Part shown: positions 1-14,452 of the stretch, piece after piece
Position numbering within the stretch: position 1 is the stretch's first letter
Layout: every line of letters begins with the position of its first letter
Assembly: GCA_002269645.1 (NCBI GenBank)
Contig: NIVC01001811.1
Span: 496,001 to 560,000 of the forward strand
Reading direction: 5' to 3'
Length of the DNA stretch: 64,000 nt
Source: Macrostomum lignano
Taxonomy: Eukaryota
Notes under the pieces: model-generated
What the model was told of the DNA's origin: nothing
Database searches by the model: none
What the model saw: only the letters and a program-made list of their open reading frames with translations
Translations under genes and position numbers: made by a program

Positions 1-191
1 ACAGGCACTCATTTTAGCGCCACAGGCGCTATATTTTGGTGCCCTGAAGAAAAATGATTGATTTTCATAACGGGTCACAAGGTGGTGGGGGGGGGGGACA
101 AAACATTGGCATGTCCCCCCAGAGCTTTTACTGGGGGTGAGGACATGTCCCCCCTTGTCCCCCCTGTCCCCCTCCCGGAGCGACGCCCCTG
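1..191. mobile_element. Probable end of a hAT-type MITE (other end outside window)
   Basis: Ends in ...CCGGAGCGACGCCCCTG (reverse complement CAGGGGCGTCGCTCCGG, a hAT-like CAGGGG terminus) with GC-rich GGGGACA/TGTCCCC subterminal repeats. The partner TIR and TSD cannot be checked. Confidence 0.45.
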
Positions 192-314
192 CCTGCCCCT
201 CGGTTCACAAAAATTGATGTCTGCAAAAAAGAGCTTTAGACCTTCGCTGGTGGCTTTGGTAAAAAGGCCTGTCTGATGAAAATACGTATAATATGGACTT
301 GTTAATCCTGAGGA

Positions 315-458
315 GGGCTGTAGCCTAGTGGTTGGAGCGCGCGGACTCATGACTTGAAGATCGGGGGTTCGATTACCGATCCCACTAAGAACAATGTGTG
401 TCCCTGAGCAAGACACTTATCTCTGCATTGCTTCAGTTCACCCAGCTGTAAAATGGGT
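315..458 (+). mobile_element. tRNA-derived SINE, family A, 3'-truncated copy
   Basis: A box TAGCCTAGTGG and B box GGTTCGATTAC, followed by TGTGTCCCTGAGCAAGACACTT...CAGCTGTAAAATGGGT (CORE/Meta-like central domain). Closely similar to the copies at 51439 and 62305. Confidence 0.8.
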
Positions 459-837
459 CAATCTTTACAAATGATGAATTTAACAATTTAATCGGGAGTT
501 AGAAAAATATGAAAAAAAGCTTTGTATTTTTTCCCATCAAACTGTGAAGTGAATTTGAAAAAAATGGAAGTCAAGATGACACCAACCGATCATAAAAAAC
601 CAATATATTTCATTTGGTTAGAGCTATAAACAAAGAGTTTAACAAAGATAAAAAGAATATGCAGATGACAGATTCAAGATAAAGTTGGATAATATTGGTG
701 GCTGATCTGTCAGTCTAGAAGCTGGATCAGCTGGGAACATTATAGTTTCCATGGGCAATAATGCCTTCGACATGATGGCTAAAATCAGAGCTGTCTGTCA
801 ATGCGCCCCATGGGTTGATTTGTTTTTTAGAGATTAT

Positions 838-1470
838 AGGCGCTTAGGGGTATTGAGAGAGGCGCTTAGGGGTATTAAGAGAGGCGCTTAGGGGTATTGA
901 GAGAGGGGTATTGAGAGAGGTATTGAGATTGAGAGAGGGGTATTGAGAGAGGCGCTTAGGGGTATTAAGAGAGGCGCTTAGGGGTATTGAGAAGGGCGCT
1001 AAGGGGTATTGAGAGAGGCGCTTAGGGGTATTAAGAGAGGCGCTTAGGGGTATTGAGAGAGGGGTATTGAGAGAGGTATTGAGATTGAGAGAGGGGTATT
1101 GAGAGAGGCGCTTAGGGGTATTAAGAGAGGCGCTTAGGGGTATTGAGAAGGGCGCTAAGGGGTATTGAGAGAGGCGCTTGGGGGTATTGAGAAGGGCACT
1201 AAGGGGTATTGAGAGAGGGGTATTGAGAGAGGGGTATTGAGAGAGGGGTATTGAGAGAGGGGTATTGAGAGAGGGGTATTGAGAGAGGGGTATTGAGAGA
1301 GGGGTATTGAGAGAGGGGATTGAGAGAGGGGTATTGAGAGAGGGGTATTGAGAGAGGGGTATTGAGAGAGGGGTATTGAGAGAGGCGCTAAGGGGTATTG
1401 AGAGAGGCGCTTAGGGGTATTAAGAGAGGCGCTAAGGGGTATTGAGAGAGGCGCTTAGGGGTATTGAGAG
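838..1470. repeat. Compound minisatellite, GGCGCTTAGGGGTATTGAGAGA (22 bp) and GGGGTATTGAGAGA (14 bp) units
   Basis: Tandem copies read directly; lies in the intron upstream of the Fox exon. Confidence 0.95.
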
Positions 1471-1618
1471 ATTCGCATATAGATAGTGAGATTACTTCAT
1501 TAAGTCATTTTGTTTGATTCCGATTTCCTATTCTTATCACACTACTGCCAACCAACCCATTGTAAGTAGCAAGTTAACCTAAAAAATATATAAAAGAAGA
1601 AAATCTGAATTTTCCCAG

Positions 1619-1847
1619 GTTCCCCTACTATCGGGAGAACAAGCAGGGCTGGCAGAACTCCATCCGCCACAATCTGTCACTCAACGAGTGCTTCGTCAAG
1701 ATCGCACGCGAGGACAATCGGCCAGGCAAGGGCAGCTTCTGGACGCTGCACCCCGAGGCCTACAACATGTTTGACAACGGCAGCTACTTGAGGCGGAGGC
1801 GCCGTTTCAAACGGAGGCGCCACTCTGCGGACAATCAGAGCAAAAAG
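1619..1847 (+). CDS. foxC: Forkhead-box transcription factor, FoxC-like; exon encoding the C-terminal part of the forkhead domain
   Basis: Acceptor tttcccAG at 1618; translates [72 protein letters not shown] and [15 protein letters not shown] best match the FoxC subclass. Donor AAG|GTGCAA at 1848, phase 0. Confidence 0.85.
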
Positions 1848-1934
1848 GTGCAAATTATGGATTTTTATTGTTTTCTACACATATCGGTGGGGAATTTATT
1901 TGAAGATCCATCTCACAGCCGAAGCCATGAAGAT

Positions 1935-2820
1935 AAAGTGAGACTTGCTCAAGATGCCATGGACTCAAAGTGAGACTTGCTCAAGATGCCATGGACTCAA
2001 AGTGAGACTTGCTCAAGATGCCATGGACTCAAAGTGAGACTTGCTCAAGATGCCATGGACTCAAAGTGAGACTTGCTCAAGATGCCATGGACTTAAAGTG
2101 AGACTTGCTCAAGATGCCATGGACTCAAAGTGGGACTTGCTCAAGATGCCATGGACTCAAAGTGAGACTTGCTCAAGATGCCATGGACGCAAAGTGAGAC
2201 TGGCTCAAGATGCCATGGACTCAAAGTGGGACTTGCTCAAGATGGAATGGACTCAAAGTGAGACTTTCTCAAGATGCCATGGACTCAAAGTGAGACTTGC
2301 TCAAGATGCCATGGACTCAAAGTGGGACTTGCTCAAGATGCCATGGACTCAAAGTGAGACTTGCTCAAGATGCCATGGACGCAAAGTGAGACTGGCTCAA
2401 GATGCCATGTACTCAAAGTGAGACTTGCTCAAGATGCCATGGACTCAAAGTGAGACTTGCTCAAGATGCCATGGACTCAAAGTGAGACTTGCTCAAGATG
2501 CCATGGACTCAAAGTGAGACTTGCTCAAGATGGCATGGACTCAAAGTGAGACTGGCTCAAGATGGCATGGACTCAAAGTGAGACTTGCTCAAGATGATAT
2601 GGACTCAAAGTGAGACTTTCTCAAGATGCCATGGACTCAAAGTGAGACTTGCTCAAGATGATATGGACTCAAAGTGAGACTTGCTCAAGATGCCCCATGG
2701 ACTCATAGTGAGACTTGCTCAAGATGCCCCATGGACTCAAAGTGAGACTTGCTCAAGATGCCATGGACTCAAAGTGAGACTTGCTCAAGATGACATGGAC
2801 TCGAAGTGGGAGTTGCTCAT
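1935..2820. repeat. 32-bp minisatellite (AAAGTGAGACTTGCTCAAGATGCCATGGACTC), about 27 copies, in Fox intron
   Basis: Period 32 read directly; fills most of intron 1848-2894. Confidence 0.97.
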
Positions 2821-2894
2821 GGGACTTCCTAATATTCAATTTTCCAAGACAAAATAGCCATCATTATAAAATTTCACAAAAACTGTAATTTCAG

Positions 2895-3221
2895 ACGATC
2901 AGTCCAACGTCATCTGCTCAGCATCCGGGAAAAACTGATGAAGCAGCAGTGGCACTGCCCGCCAACAACGCAGCCGCCTCAGAGCGCCATCAATACGGCT
3001 GGCACCGCCGCCCAGCAGCCCAATTTGCTCAAGGCGTTGAGGACTCCAGCACTTCAGCGGCTGCTGCTGCGGCGGCTGCTGCGGCTGCCTTTCAGACCTG
3101 CTGGTACGCCGGGCCCTATGGAGTGCAGCATCAGCAGCCTCATCATCAGCAGGGCTACAGCCTCCCCAATTATCACCATCAGCCTCATCATCAGAATGAG
3201 CACTTTGCGAAATATGCTTAA
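2895..3221 (+). CDS. foxC: FoxC-like gene, terminal coding exon (polyAla, His/Gln-rich tail)
   Basis: Acceptor taatttcAG at 2894; phase 0 matches the donor at 1848. Open to TAA at 3219-3221: TISPTSSAQHPGK...AAAAAAAAAAAFQTCWYAGPYG...HFAKYA*. Confidence 0.75.
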   Translation, partial: TISPTSSAQHPGKTDEAAVALPANNAAASERHQYGWHRRPAAQFAQGVEDSSTSAAAAAAAAAAAFQTCWYAGPYGVQHQQPHHQQGYSLPNYHHQPHHQNEHFAKYA

Positions 3222-3782
3222 CGTTTTCTGCTTAATCTCTTTCCCCTCTGCTTTGTAACATGGGTGAACGTTTACTATGCGATCAACTATAAAATACAGT
3301 TAATTTTCTCTATTTAAGCAACCAAACTTCTTGCATGCTACTTACCTGAAGCCATCATCAGTAGGGTAGTTTGAATTTTTAGTCACATTTATTTTATCTC
3401 GCTAATAATAAACTGCTACATCATTGTGTTCTGATTGAATTGGAAATCTCTCACCCCAAGCTCCCGCCTGCAAATGCTGGAGTTGGGTTGTGGCTTTTTG
3501 CTTTTTTGTTATTGCTTTCAGATTGATCAAATTCATCTAAATTGTAGAATATCACAATTCAAGTACACAATTATAACACTAACTGAAAATGGTAACACTG
3601 ATTGATGGACAGAAATAATAATATTTAATCTCGAACTCTGAATTTCATTTCAATTTCATTGAAGCCGCGTATGGCTGTCAATATATTTTCAAAATTGCTG
3701 GGTTAAGTTTTTAAGACAAGTTTATAGGGAAGATCAAGAGAATGTTGCAACAGCAGAAGACGCCCTGGAAGAAGAGAATCAG

Positions 3783-4170
3783 TAGCAAATATCTAGCTAT
3801 AATATCTACCATTGTCTATGGCATCTAGCTAGCAAATATCTAGCTATACTATCGATTGTCTATGGCATTTAGCTACCAAATATCTAGCTATACTATCGAT
3901 TGTCTATGGCATCTAGCTAGCAAATATCTAGCTATACTATCGATTGTCTATGGCATTTAGCTACCAAATATCTAGCTATACTATCGATTGTCTATGGCAT
4001 CTAAGCTAGCAAACATCTAGCTATAATATCTATCCATTGTCTATGGCATCTAAGCTAGCAAATATCTAGCTAGAATATATACCATTGTCTATGGCATCTA
4101 AGCTAGCAAATATCTAGCTAGAATATATACCATTGTATATGGCATCTGAGCTAGCAAATATCTAGCTACG
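3783..4170. repeat. About 44-46-bp AT-rich minisatellite (TAGCTAGCAAATATCTAGCTATA...ATTGTCTATGGCATC)
   Basis: About 8-9 diverged tandem copies. Confidence 0.9.
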
Positions 4171-4524
4171 ATCTATCGTTTTGCTAGCCAACTATTGCAA
4201 CTAAAAGTACAAATTTCTCAGTAATAGAGAAAATTCGGAGCAAAATATTGATCAGAACTTCCTTGAAATGCATTGCAACACTCCAACGCTTCAAGTGGTT
4301 CAGTTCACAGGGGCGATAAAGGTTCGATGAAGATTAAGGTAGGAAAAGCATCGAAACTTTTCAACACTGACAAAGTTCCTGATGGATTGCTCGATACGGT
4401 ATGTTGGGTTCTACTTTGTTCTCAGGCTCAAAATTGATTCATTTTCTTTGCAATTGGCCAGTGCTTAATACAGTGCATTAGTGCGGCATTAAAGTTTACC
4501 GAAATGAAAGCGGAACACAATAAA

Positions 4525-5310
4525 GATCTACAGCACCTGACACTTGCAGACCTACAGCACCTGACACCTGCAGACCTACAGCACCTGACACCTGCAGACC
4601 TACAGCACCTGACACCTGCAGACCTACAGCACCTGACACCTGCAGACCTACAGCACCTGACACCTGCAGACCTACAGCACCTGACACTTGCAGACCTACA
4701 GCACCTGACACCTGCAGACCTACAGCACCTGACACCTGCAGACCTACAGCACCTGACACCTGCAGACCTACAGCACCTGACACTTGCAGACGTACAGCAC
4801 CTGACACCTGCAGACCTACAGCACCTGACACCTGCAAACCTACAGCACCTGACACCTGCAGACCTACAGCACCTGACACCTGCAGACCTACAGCACCTGA
4901 CACCTGCAGACCTACAGCACCTGACACCTGCAGACCTACAGCACCTGACACCTGCAAACCTACAGCACCTGACACCTGCAGACCTACAGCACCTGACACC
5001 TGTAGACCTACAGCACCTGACACCTGCAGACCTACAGCATCTGACACCTGTAGACCTACAGCACCTGACACCTGCAGACCTACAGCACCTGACACCTGCA
5101 AACCTACAGCACCTGACACCTGCAGACCTACAGCACCTGACACCTGCAGACCTACAGCACCTGACACCTGCAGACCTACAGCACCTGACACCTGCAAACC
5201 TACAGCACCTGACACCTGCAGACCTACAGCACCTGACACCTGTAGACCTACAGCACCTGACACCTGTAGACCTACAGCACCTGACACCTGCAGACCTACA
5301 GAATCTGACA
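4525..5310. repeat. 24-bp minisatellite (GACCTACAGCACCTGACACCTGCA), about 32 copies
   Basis: Period 24; produces the spurious DLQHLTPA and RCCRSAGV ORFs. Confidence 0.97.
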
Positions 5311-5661
5311 CTAAAGAGCTGACTGCATTGAGAAAGTCTGCATTGAGCTGACCCCAGTTTTATTTCGATAGACATGGATAACCAAATGAAACAGTCACCA
5401 CTTTAGCTTAAAAAGCTTACTGGGCTTGGTAAACTGATCCAACAGAGACAGTGACCTACATGCCTCAATTGGTTAAAGTGGATTGAAATCGAGTCTAGGA
5501 GGTTGAGTCTCTTGATCATATATATGCAGATTCTCTCTGAGACTGAGCTGTGTGGAATAAAACGGGGATGACAGGCTGGCTTGAGTTGCACAGCTTCATT
5601 CCCTCTCCCCCTTCCTCATCTGACTCAATCATTGGATCAGTCAGTCGACAGCCTGGATCCA

Positions 5662-5776
<115 letters not shown>

Positions 5777-6145
5777 CAATACGCGCGAAAGGCAATTTTT
5801 TGAGTGCAGAGACAAAGTCAAGAGAGACAGCGAATAAGTGCTCCGATCCGAGTGAACGATTGGTCGAGCAGCACATCAACCAATCGATGTGCACTGGAGT
5901 TGCCGTTAAACTACGATTGAAATTATTTTTCAGCGAGAGAATAGTCTTCAGCTCTCCGTAGTAGACAGTGATTTTTGTGTGTCATAAAAAGGTGTTTAAA
6001 AACTACCTTCGAAAGGCGCTGCTGTCTTTCTAGACTATGTGAAGGCTGCATCAGAAGCTGAACATTTTGTATTAAAGTGCGACCTTTCTAAAGTCTTGCC
6101 GGTAAGTTGACTTATTTCTGTATCGAAAAAGTACTCAGGCTGAAA

Positions 6146-6442
6146 AGCTGGGAGGGCTGTAGTAACTCAGGCTGAGGAGCTGGGTGGTCTGTAGTAACTC
6201 AGGCTGAGGAGCTGGGAGGGCTGTAGTAACTCAGACTGAGGAGCTGGGAGGGCTGTAGTAACTCAGGCTGAGGAGCTGGGAGGGCTGTAGTAACTCAGAC
6301 TGAGGAGCTGGGAGGGCTGTAGTAACTCAGGCTGAGGAGCTGGGAGGTCTGTAGTAACTCAGACTGAGGAGCTGGGAGGGCTGTAGTAACTCAGGCTGAG
6401 GAGCTGGGAGGGCTGTAGTAACTCAGACTGAGGAGCTGGGAA
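6146..6442. repeat. 32-bp minisatellite (GGGAGGGCTGTAGTAACTCAGGCTGAGGAGCT), about 9 copies
   Basis: Read directly. Confidence 0.95.
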
Positions 6443-6884
6443 GGCGATGGCGACTCAGTCTGCGGATTTTAAACGGATACACAATCTTAACTGAAAATAA
6501 CTGACCCAGTTTACAAGTTTAATATACTCGATTCATGTGCGTCGTTCATTAACGCAGATGAAGTCAGTTTAGAGGTTTGTACCTAAACCCATTAGGTTAA
6601 TTATAGCTAAGTCTAATTAGTGCAGCTCGCCTCGTTATAAATGGATTCATTAGTCAGATTTAAATAAAGTCGCCTTCGTAACATGACGATCTTTAATATG
6701 AAAAATATCCGATGGCTTAGAAGTGAGCTTTGCACGAGTATGCAGTTGGTCACGTGACTCAATTAGCTAATTGAATCGCCGCCGCTAAGCAAACAAATAA
6801 GCAGACGTTTGTATTTTACAGGCTTTAGGGTAGCTTAGGCCCGATTGCTTTAAAAGTGAGGATGATAATTACATACGAGTAGAT

Positions 6885-9800
6885 AGATGGAATATGGATG
6901 GTGGATGGATGGATGGATGGATGGATGGGTGGATGGATGGATGGTGGATGGATGGATGGATGGATGGGTGGATGGATGGATGGATGGATGGATGGATGGG
7001 TGGATGGATGGATGGATGGGTGGATGGATGGATGGTGGATGGATGGATGGATGGATGGATGGATGGATGGGTGGATGGATGGATGGTGGATGGATGGATG
7101 GATGGATGGGTGGATGGATGGATGGATGGATGGATGGATGGGTGGATGGGTGGATGGATGGATGGATGGGTGGATGGATGGATGGATGGGTGGATGGATG
7201 GATGGTGGATGGATGGATGGATGGATGGGTGGATGGATGGATGGATGGATGGATGGATGGGTGGATGGGTGGATGGATGGATGGATGGGTGGATGGATGG
7301 ATGGATGCATGGATGGATGGATGGATGGGTGGATGGATGGATGGTGGATGGATGGATGGATGGATGGGTGGATGGATGGATGGATGGATGGATGGATGGA
7401 TGGGTGGATGGGTGGATGGATGGATGGATGGGTGGATGGATGGATGGATGCATGGATGCATGGATGGATGGATGGATGGGTGGATGGATGGATGGATGGA
7501 TGGATGGATGGATGGATGGATGGATGGATGGATGGATGGATGGATGGATGGATGGATGCATGGATGCATGGTTGGATGGATGGATGGATGGATGGATGGA
7601 TGGGTGGATGGAGGGATGGATGGATGGATGGGTGGATGGATGGGTGGGTGGATGGATGGGTGGATGGAGGGATGGGTGGATGGATGGGTGGATGGATGGG
7701 TGGATGGTGGGTGGATGGGTGGATGGATGGATGGATGGATGGATGGATGGATGGATGGATGGATGCATGGATGCATGGTTGGATGGATGGATGGATGGAT
7801 GGATGGATGGGTAGATGGATGGATGGATGGATGGATGGGTGGATGGATGGGTGGATGGATGGATGGATGGATGGATGGTGGGTGGATGGATGGATGGATG
7901 GGTGGATGGGTGGATGGGTGGATGGATGGATGGATGGATGGATGCATGGATGCATGGTTGGATGGATGGATGGATGGATGGATGGGTGGATGGGTGGATG
8001 GGTGGATGGGTGGATGGATGGATGGATGGATGGATGGGTGGGTGGATGGATGGATGGATGGATGGATGGATGGATGGATGGATGGATGGGTGGATGGGTG
8101 GATGGATGGATGGATGGATGGATGGATGGATGGATGGATGGATGGGTGGATGGATGGATGGATGGATGGATGGATGGATGGATGGATGGATGGATGGATG
8201 GATGGATGGATGGATGGATGGATGGATGGATGGATGGATGGATGGATGCATGGATGCATGGTTGGATGGATGGATGGATGGATGGATGGGTGGATGGGTG
8301 GATGGATGGATGGATGGATGGATGGATGGATGGATGGATGGATGGGTGGATGGGTGGATGGATGGATGGATGGATGGATGGATGGATGGATGGATGGATG
8401 GGTGGATGGATGCATGGATGCATGGTTGGATGGATGGATGGATGGATGGATGGGTGGATGGGTGGATGGATGGATGGATTGATGGATGGATGGATGGATG
8501 GATGGGTGGATGGGTGGATGGATGGATGGATGGTGGGTGGATGGATGGATGGATGGATGGATGGATGGATGGATGGATGGATGGATGGATGCATGGATGC
8601 ATGGTTGGATGGATGGATGGATGGATGGATGGGTGGATGGGTGGATGGGTGGATGGGTGGATGGATGGGTGGATGAATGGGTGGATGGGTGGATGGGTGG
8701 ATGGGTGGATGGATGGATGGATGGGTGGATGGATGGATGGATGGATGAATGGGTGGATGGATGGGTGGATGGATGGATGGTGGGTGGATGGATGGATGGA
8801 TGGATGGATGGATGGATGGATGGATGCATGGATGCATGGTTGGATGGATGGATGGATGGATGGATGGATGGGTGGATGGGTGGATGGGTGGATGGGTGGA
8901 TGGATGGATGGATGGATGGGTGGATGGGTGGATGGGTGGATGGGTGGATGGGTGGATGGATGGATGGATGGATGGGTGGATGGGTGGATGGATGGATGGA
9001 TGGATGGATGAATGGGTGGATGGATGGGTGGATGGATGGATGGATGGATGGATGGATGGATGGATGGATGGATGTATGGATGGATGGATGGATGGATGGA
9101 TGCATGGATGCATGGTTGGATGGATGGATGGATGGATGGATGGGTGGATGGGTGGATGGATGGATGGATGGATGGATGGGTGGATGGGTGGATGGATGGA
9201 TGGATGGATGGGTGGATGGATGGATGGGTGGATGGGTGGATGGGTGGATGGATGGATGGGTGGATGGGTGGATGGATGGATGGATGGATGGATGGATGGA
9301 TGGGTGGATGGGTGGATGGGTGGATGGGTGGATGGATGGATGGGTGGATGGGTGGATGGATGGATGGATGGATGGATGGATGGATGGATGGATGGGTGGA
9401 TGGGTGGATGGGTGGATGGATGGATGGATGGATGGATGGATGGATGCATGGATGGATGGATGCATGGTTGGATGGATGGATGGATGAATGGATGGATGGA
9501 TGGATGGATGGATGGATGGATGGATGGGTGGATGGGTGGATGGGTGGATGGATGGATGGATGGATGGATAGATGGATGCATGGATGGATGGATGGGTGGA
9601 TGGGTGGATGGGTGGATGGGTGGATGGATGGATGGATGGATGGATGGATGGATGGATGGATGGATGGATGGATGGATGGGTGGATGGGTGGATGGGTGGA
9701 TGGATGGATGGATGGGTGGATGGGTGGATGGATGGATGGATGGATGGATGGATGGATGGATGGATGGATGGATGGATGGATGGGTGGATGGGTGGATGGG

Positions 9801-10500
9801 TGGATGGATGGATGGATGGATGGATGGATGGATGGATGGATGGATGGATGGATGGATGGATGGGTGGATGGGTGGATGGGTGGATGGATGGATGGATGGG
9901 TGGATGGGTGGATGGGTGGATGGATGGATGGATGGATGGGTGGATGGATGGATGGATGGATGGATGGATGGATGGATGGGTGGTGGGTGGATGGATGGAT
10001 GGGTGGATGGATGGATGGATGGATGGATGGATGGATGGATGGATGGATGGTGGGTGGATGGATGGTTGGGTGGATGGGTGGATGGGTGGATGGATGGATG
10101 GGTGGATGGATGGTGGGTGGATGGGTGGATGGGTGGATGGATGGTGGGTGGATGGGTGGATGGGTGGATGGATGGTGGGTGGATGGATGGATGGGTGGAT
10201 GGGTGGATGGGTGGATGGATGGATGGATGGATGGATGGGTGGATGGATGGATGGATGGATGGATGGATGGATGGGTGGATGGATGGATGGATGGATGGGT
10301 GGATGGGTGGATGGATGGATGGATGGATGGATGGATGGATGGGTGGATGGATGGATGGATGGATGGATGGGTGGATGGATGGATGGATGGATGGATGGAT
10401 GGATGGATGGATGGATAGGTGGATGGATGGATGGATGGATGGATGGATGGATGGATGGATGGATGGATGGATGGATGGATGGATGGATGGGTGGATGGGT
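6885..10500. repeat. 3.6-kb (GGAT)n satellite with GGGT and GCAT variants
   Basis: Tetranucleotide array; source of the WMDG and HPSI pseudo-ORFs. Confidence 0.99.
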
Positions 10501-13500
10501 GCATGCATGCATGGATCTATTCAGCAATGTAAGCCGAAATTTGCAAATTTCACTATCAACCAGCTTTTGCCTTTCGTGAAATCAGAATGGTTGCCAAGTT
10601 GGCAAAAGTGCATTTCGCGAGTGCATCCGATGAGGGAAAAACCAGTCGCCGAAATCAACCGCGACACTTCGCGCCCGAACGCTCGCGACAATAGTTTTTC
10701 TTCTAGCCCTGTTTTTGGGCCGCACGAAAGGAGAAGGAAGGCATTATAGTATAGCCAAGCCAACGACAAGTCATCGCCAGCCGGCTACCAAACTCCTCTT
10801 TCTCTCCCGGATAAAAAGCTGGTGGCCCAACCGTGGGATCAGCAAACTTCCTGCAGGTTTTAGAGCTGTTTTCCATCCTCCCATTTAGCAGCTTTGTAGT
10901 TTCTGGCTGTGGCAAAAAAGTTAAGCTGCAGCAGAGAGGGAAGTCTTCATCGCCCAGGTCCGGGGCTGTCAGCTTCTCCGTCCCGCTTATTTTCTTCCCT
11001 CTTCCCTCTACTCTCTCGCACTCCCGTGTTTCCACTGCTAGCGCTGGGCGGGGAAGATCCCAGACCGACGGTCTGAGTCGAATTCCTTTCCTGTCAGAAC
11101 CAGCACTCTTCCAACACACCCCGATGCGCTCCTGCTCACTGCTAGGTAATAGCCAGAGCTGCTGGCACCTCCGCATGTAGCTAAGCTGCATATCCTTCCA
11201 TTGGAAAAATTCCCTCTCCCCTAGTCACCCAGAGCTGCTATTGTAGCATTTATCTGAGTACCTCTGACAGCTGTTGTCTCGCCTTTCCCAACCCGTTTAG
11301 CCATTTAGCTCAGTGCTTCACTTCATCGCTACAATGTCCCAACCTCATCACTTTTGTCTTATCATCTTTCTTATCGTCTGTTGACTCAGCGCTGCCTTCG
11401 TATCTTGCTAAAACCCCAGACTTCAGAAATTGAACTTTAAACTAGATAAGTGCGCTATGCAAAATTAAAACTAACAGTGCATAGTAATGACTAATTTTTA
11501 TAGAAAATCGACAGTTTCATAATGGATGATGCTTTCATAGTTCACGCGCACGCACTCGCGCGCAGTTGGGTCTAAAAAATGCTTACCATAACTTTTTTTA
11601 GAAAAACTGTCGCCGCCACCAATCAATCTTTGCATAGAATGTCGTCTATCTCTATAGGCGCATTTCCAGTCGCCGAGGTCTGGGAGAGACAAGGCAGGGG
11701 AGAAAGTCAGAGTGAGATAGCGGTTAGATTAGTCTTGGTCCAATAAATCCCCATTCCGAGTAGCCAGTAGGTCAGGAAGGATGTCAGCAATCCAAAGAAA
11801 AGTTCAGCGTGAGTCTACCGGAGTTGACCGATGGATGGGCAGCATCGTGGCAGGCTAATCCAAACTTTGCCATATAGCCCTTAATTAATTACTTAGAATG
11901 TGCTGTGCCGCCGATCGTCCATCCAATTTAACCTTTGGCTGCTGACATCAGACAATCGTTTTCCGATAAACAAAATAGGAACTAATCGTGACAAATTGCG
12001 TTGAGGAACATCTGACGTGAGAGCTGTCTTACAACGTGAGCATAGTTCCGATACCTTCCTCTAAACTTTTCTTGTGCTTTAGTTAGAAGTCCTATTCAAT
12101 CGCTAATGTTTTCTCAAAACTATTTCCTTGAAACCTTTCAAAAATTCAAAATGAATGGAAAACTGAAATAGAATGACGCTACATTCTATTTTCCTAGAAA
12201 CTGCTGGTAAGGAAGGTATGTATGTTGTACCGCTAGTTGGATTTAGTATGCTCTGAAAAGGGTTTTGCCATAGAAAAATTTATTTCGAGATAAATCCACT
12301 TGCGATGCGATAAATATCCGTTCCTTACCGTCCTCCAGATGGTTTCTAAGAAACTCCAATGTTAGCGTCTTTCCATTGCAATCGTCCCTCATGTCAAAAT
12401 CCGGTTGCGATTTCTGCTGGAAGTTTCCACTCAACAATTCGAGCCAGCAACTATAGATGGACCAGAAATTAGCATTTTAATCACATTTTATTTCAGGCCT
12501 AAAATTATTACTAACAAACTGCCAATGAATCGCCATACCATCAGAATAGCGATTATTTCTTTAGGATAAACATTGAGGTGGACCCAATTTTACAAGCTAA
12601 AACCCCGAAGGGGGGGCTGAAACGCTAGTCAATATACTAAAGTGGCTTTAAATGTTGCGACTCTACCTATTTACACGAATAATTAATACATCTAATGCCA
12701 TCAGTGAGACACCCATACACATTACGTTTCGGGTTATAAACCTCCATAGAAGTTTATTACAAGGTAGCAATTGAAACCGTCCGTACAACAAGAAATCGAA
12801 TTCATTGCTATTAAAAGCAACATAAAATAGGCGATTCGAAGGAAACGGCGCTAACGCAAGCCAGGCTCGAATTTCAAACAGAAGCTCGAATGATAAAGAA
12901 AAAAATTGTTTTCCTTCGTTTTGATGAAGTGTCCTGTTTCGTTCACGCAATATTGCCGCCGACTAAACCTCATTGTCGGCTGATGGCTAACCTATCTTTT
13001 TCTCTGATCTTCTGCCCGGTACACTGTTCAACACAATTTCGCCTTGGGAAACTAACTAGCACTGCCAGGTACGTAATATACTTGGAAAAGTGAAAAAGCT
13101 AGTGTTAAGAGGTAGAATTATTACTTTGACAAGGTACCGTACAGCTTTTGGTTGATTAGCATTTTTTTACTATGGCTGACTTCATCTACTGAGCTTCTAG
13201 TAAACTCTCGGGCGTGGTTCAGATTCGATAAGAGAGAAATTGTGATTGAGATGGTGAACAGTTTTCACGCACGATCAATGCTATTGTCCGAAGATCCTTA
13301 GCTCAAGAAGAAATTCAGCTGTTTCTAACTTTGAATTCGTTTCGAAGAACGGATTGCAAGAAAATCGTCGAGACGGGACAAATCGTTGAGAGATTTAGAA
13401 TTGAAAAATTTCCCAAAAGGCTTACTTCGAATATTCCTTTTATAGTTTTCCCGACTGCTGAAGCCTTCCACGTCAAAGACAATTTTTATCCGCTCAGAAC

Positions 13501-13607
13501 AGAAATAGATTTTCCTGTTGCATTCTGGCTCTCTCGTTGCATCAGCTCAGCAATAATATTTAAGGTTTTATGCATATAAGTACAAGTGAAATGCAGACAG
13601 ATACAGT

Positions 13608-14452
<845 letters not shown>

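Noticed and set aside
4310-4400. Short open + strand segment ending in a GTATGT donor-like site
   Set aside because: No recognisable homology and no linked exons.
4428-5375. ORFs of 271-315 aa with 8-aa periodicity (DLQHLTPA, RCCRSAGV)
   Set aside because: Artefacts of the 24-bp minisatellite; open in several frames with no unique sequence.
6825-10749. Very long ORFs (up to 1,227 aa; HPSI and WMDG repeats)
   Set aside because: Stop-free translations of the (GGAT)n satellite in several frames on both strands; not genes.
10703-11191. 162-aa minus-strand ORF and overlapping 115-aa plus-strand ORF
   Set aside because: No recognisable domain or coding-like composition; more likely a GC-rich non-coding patch.
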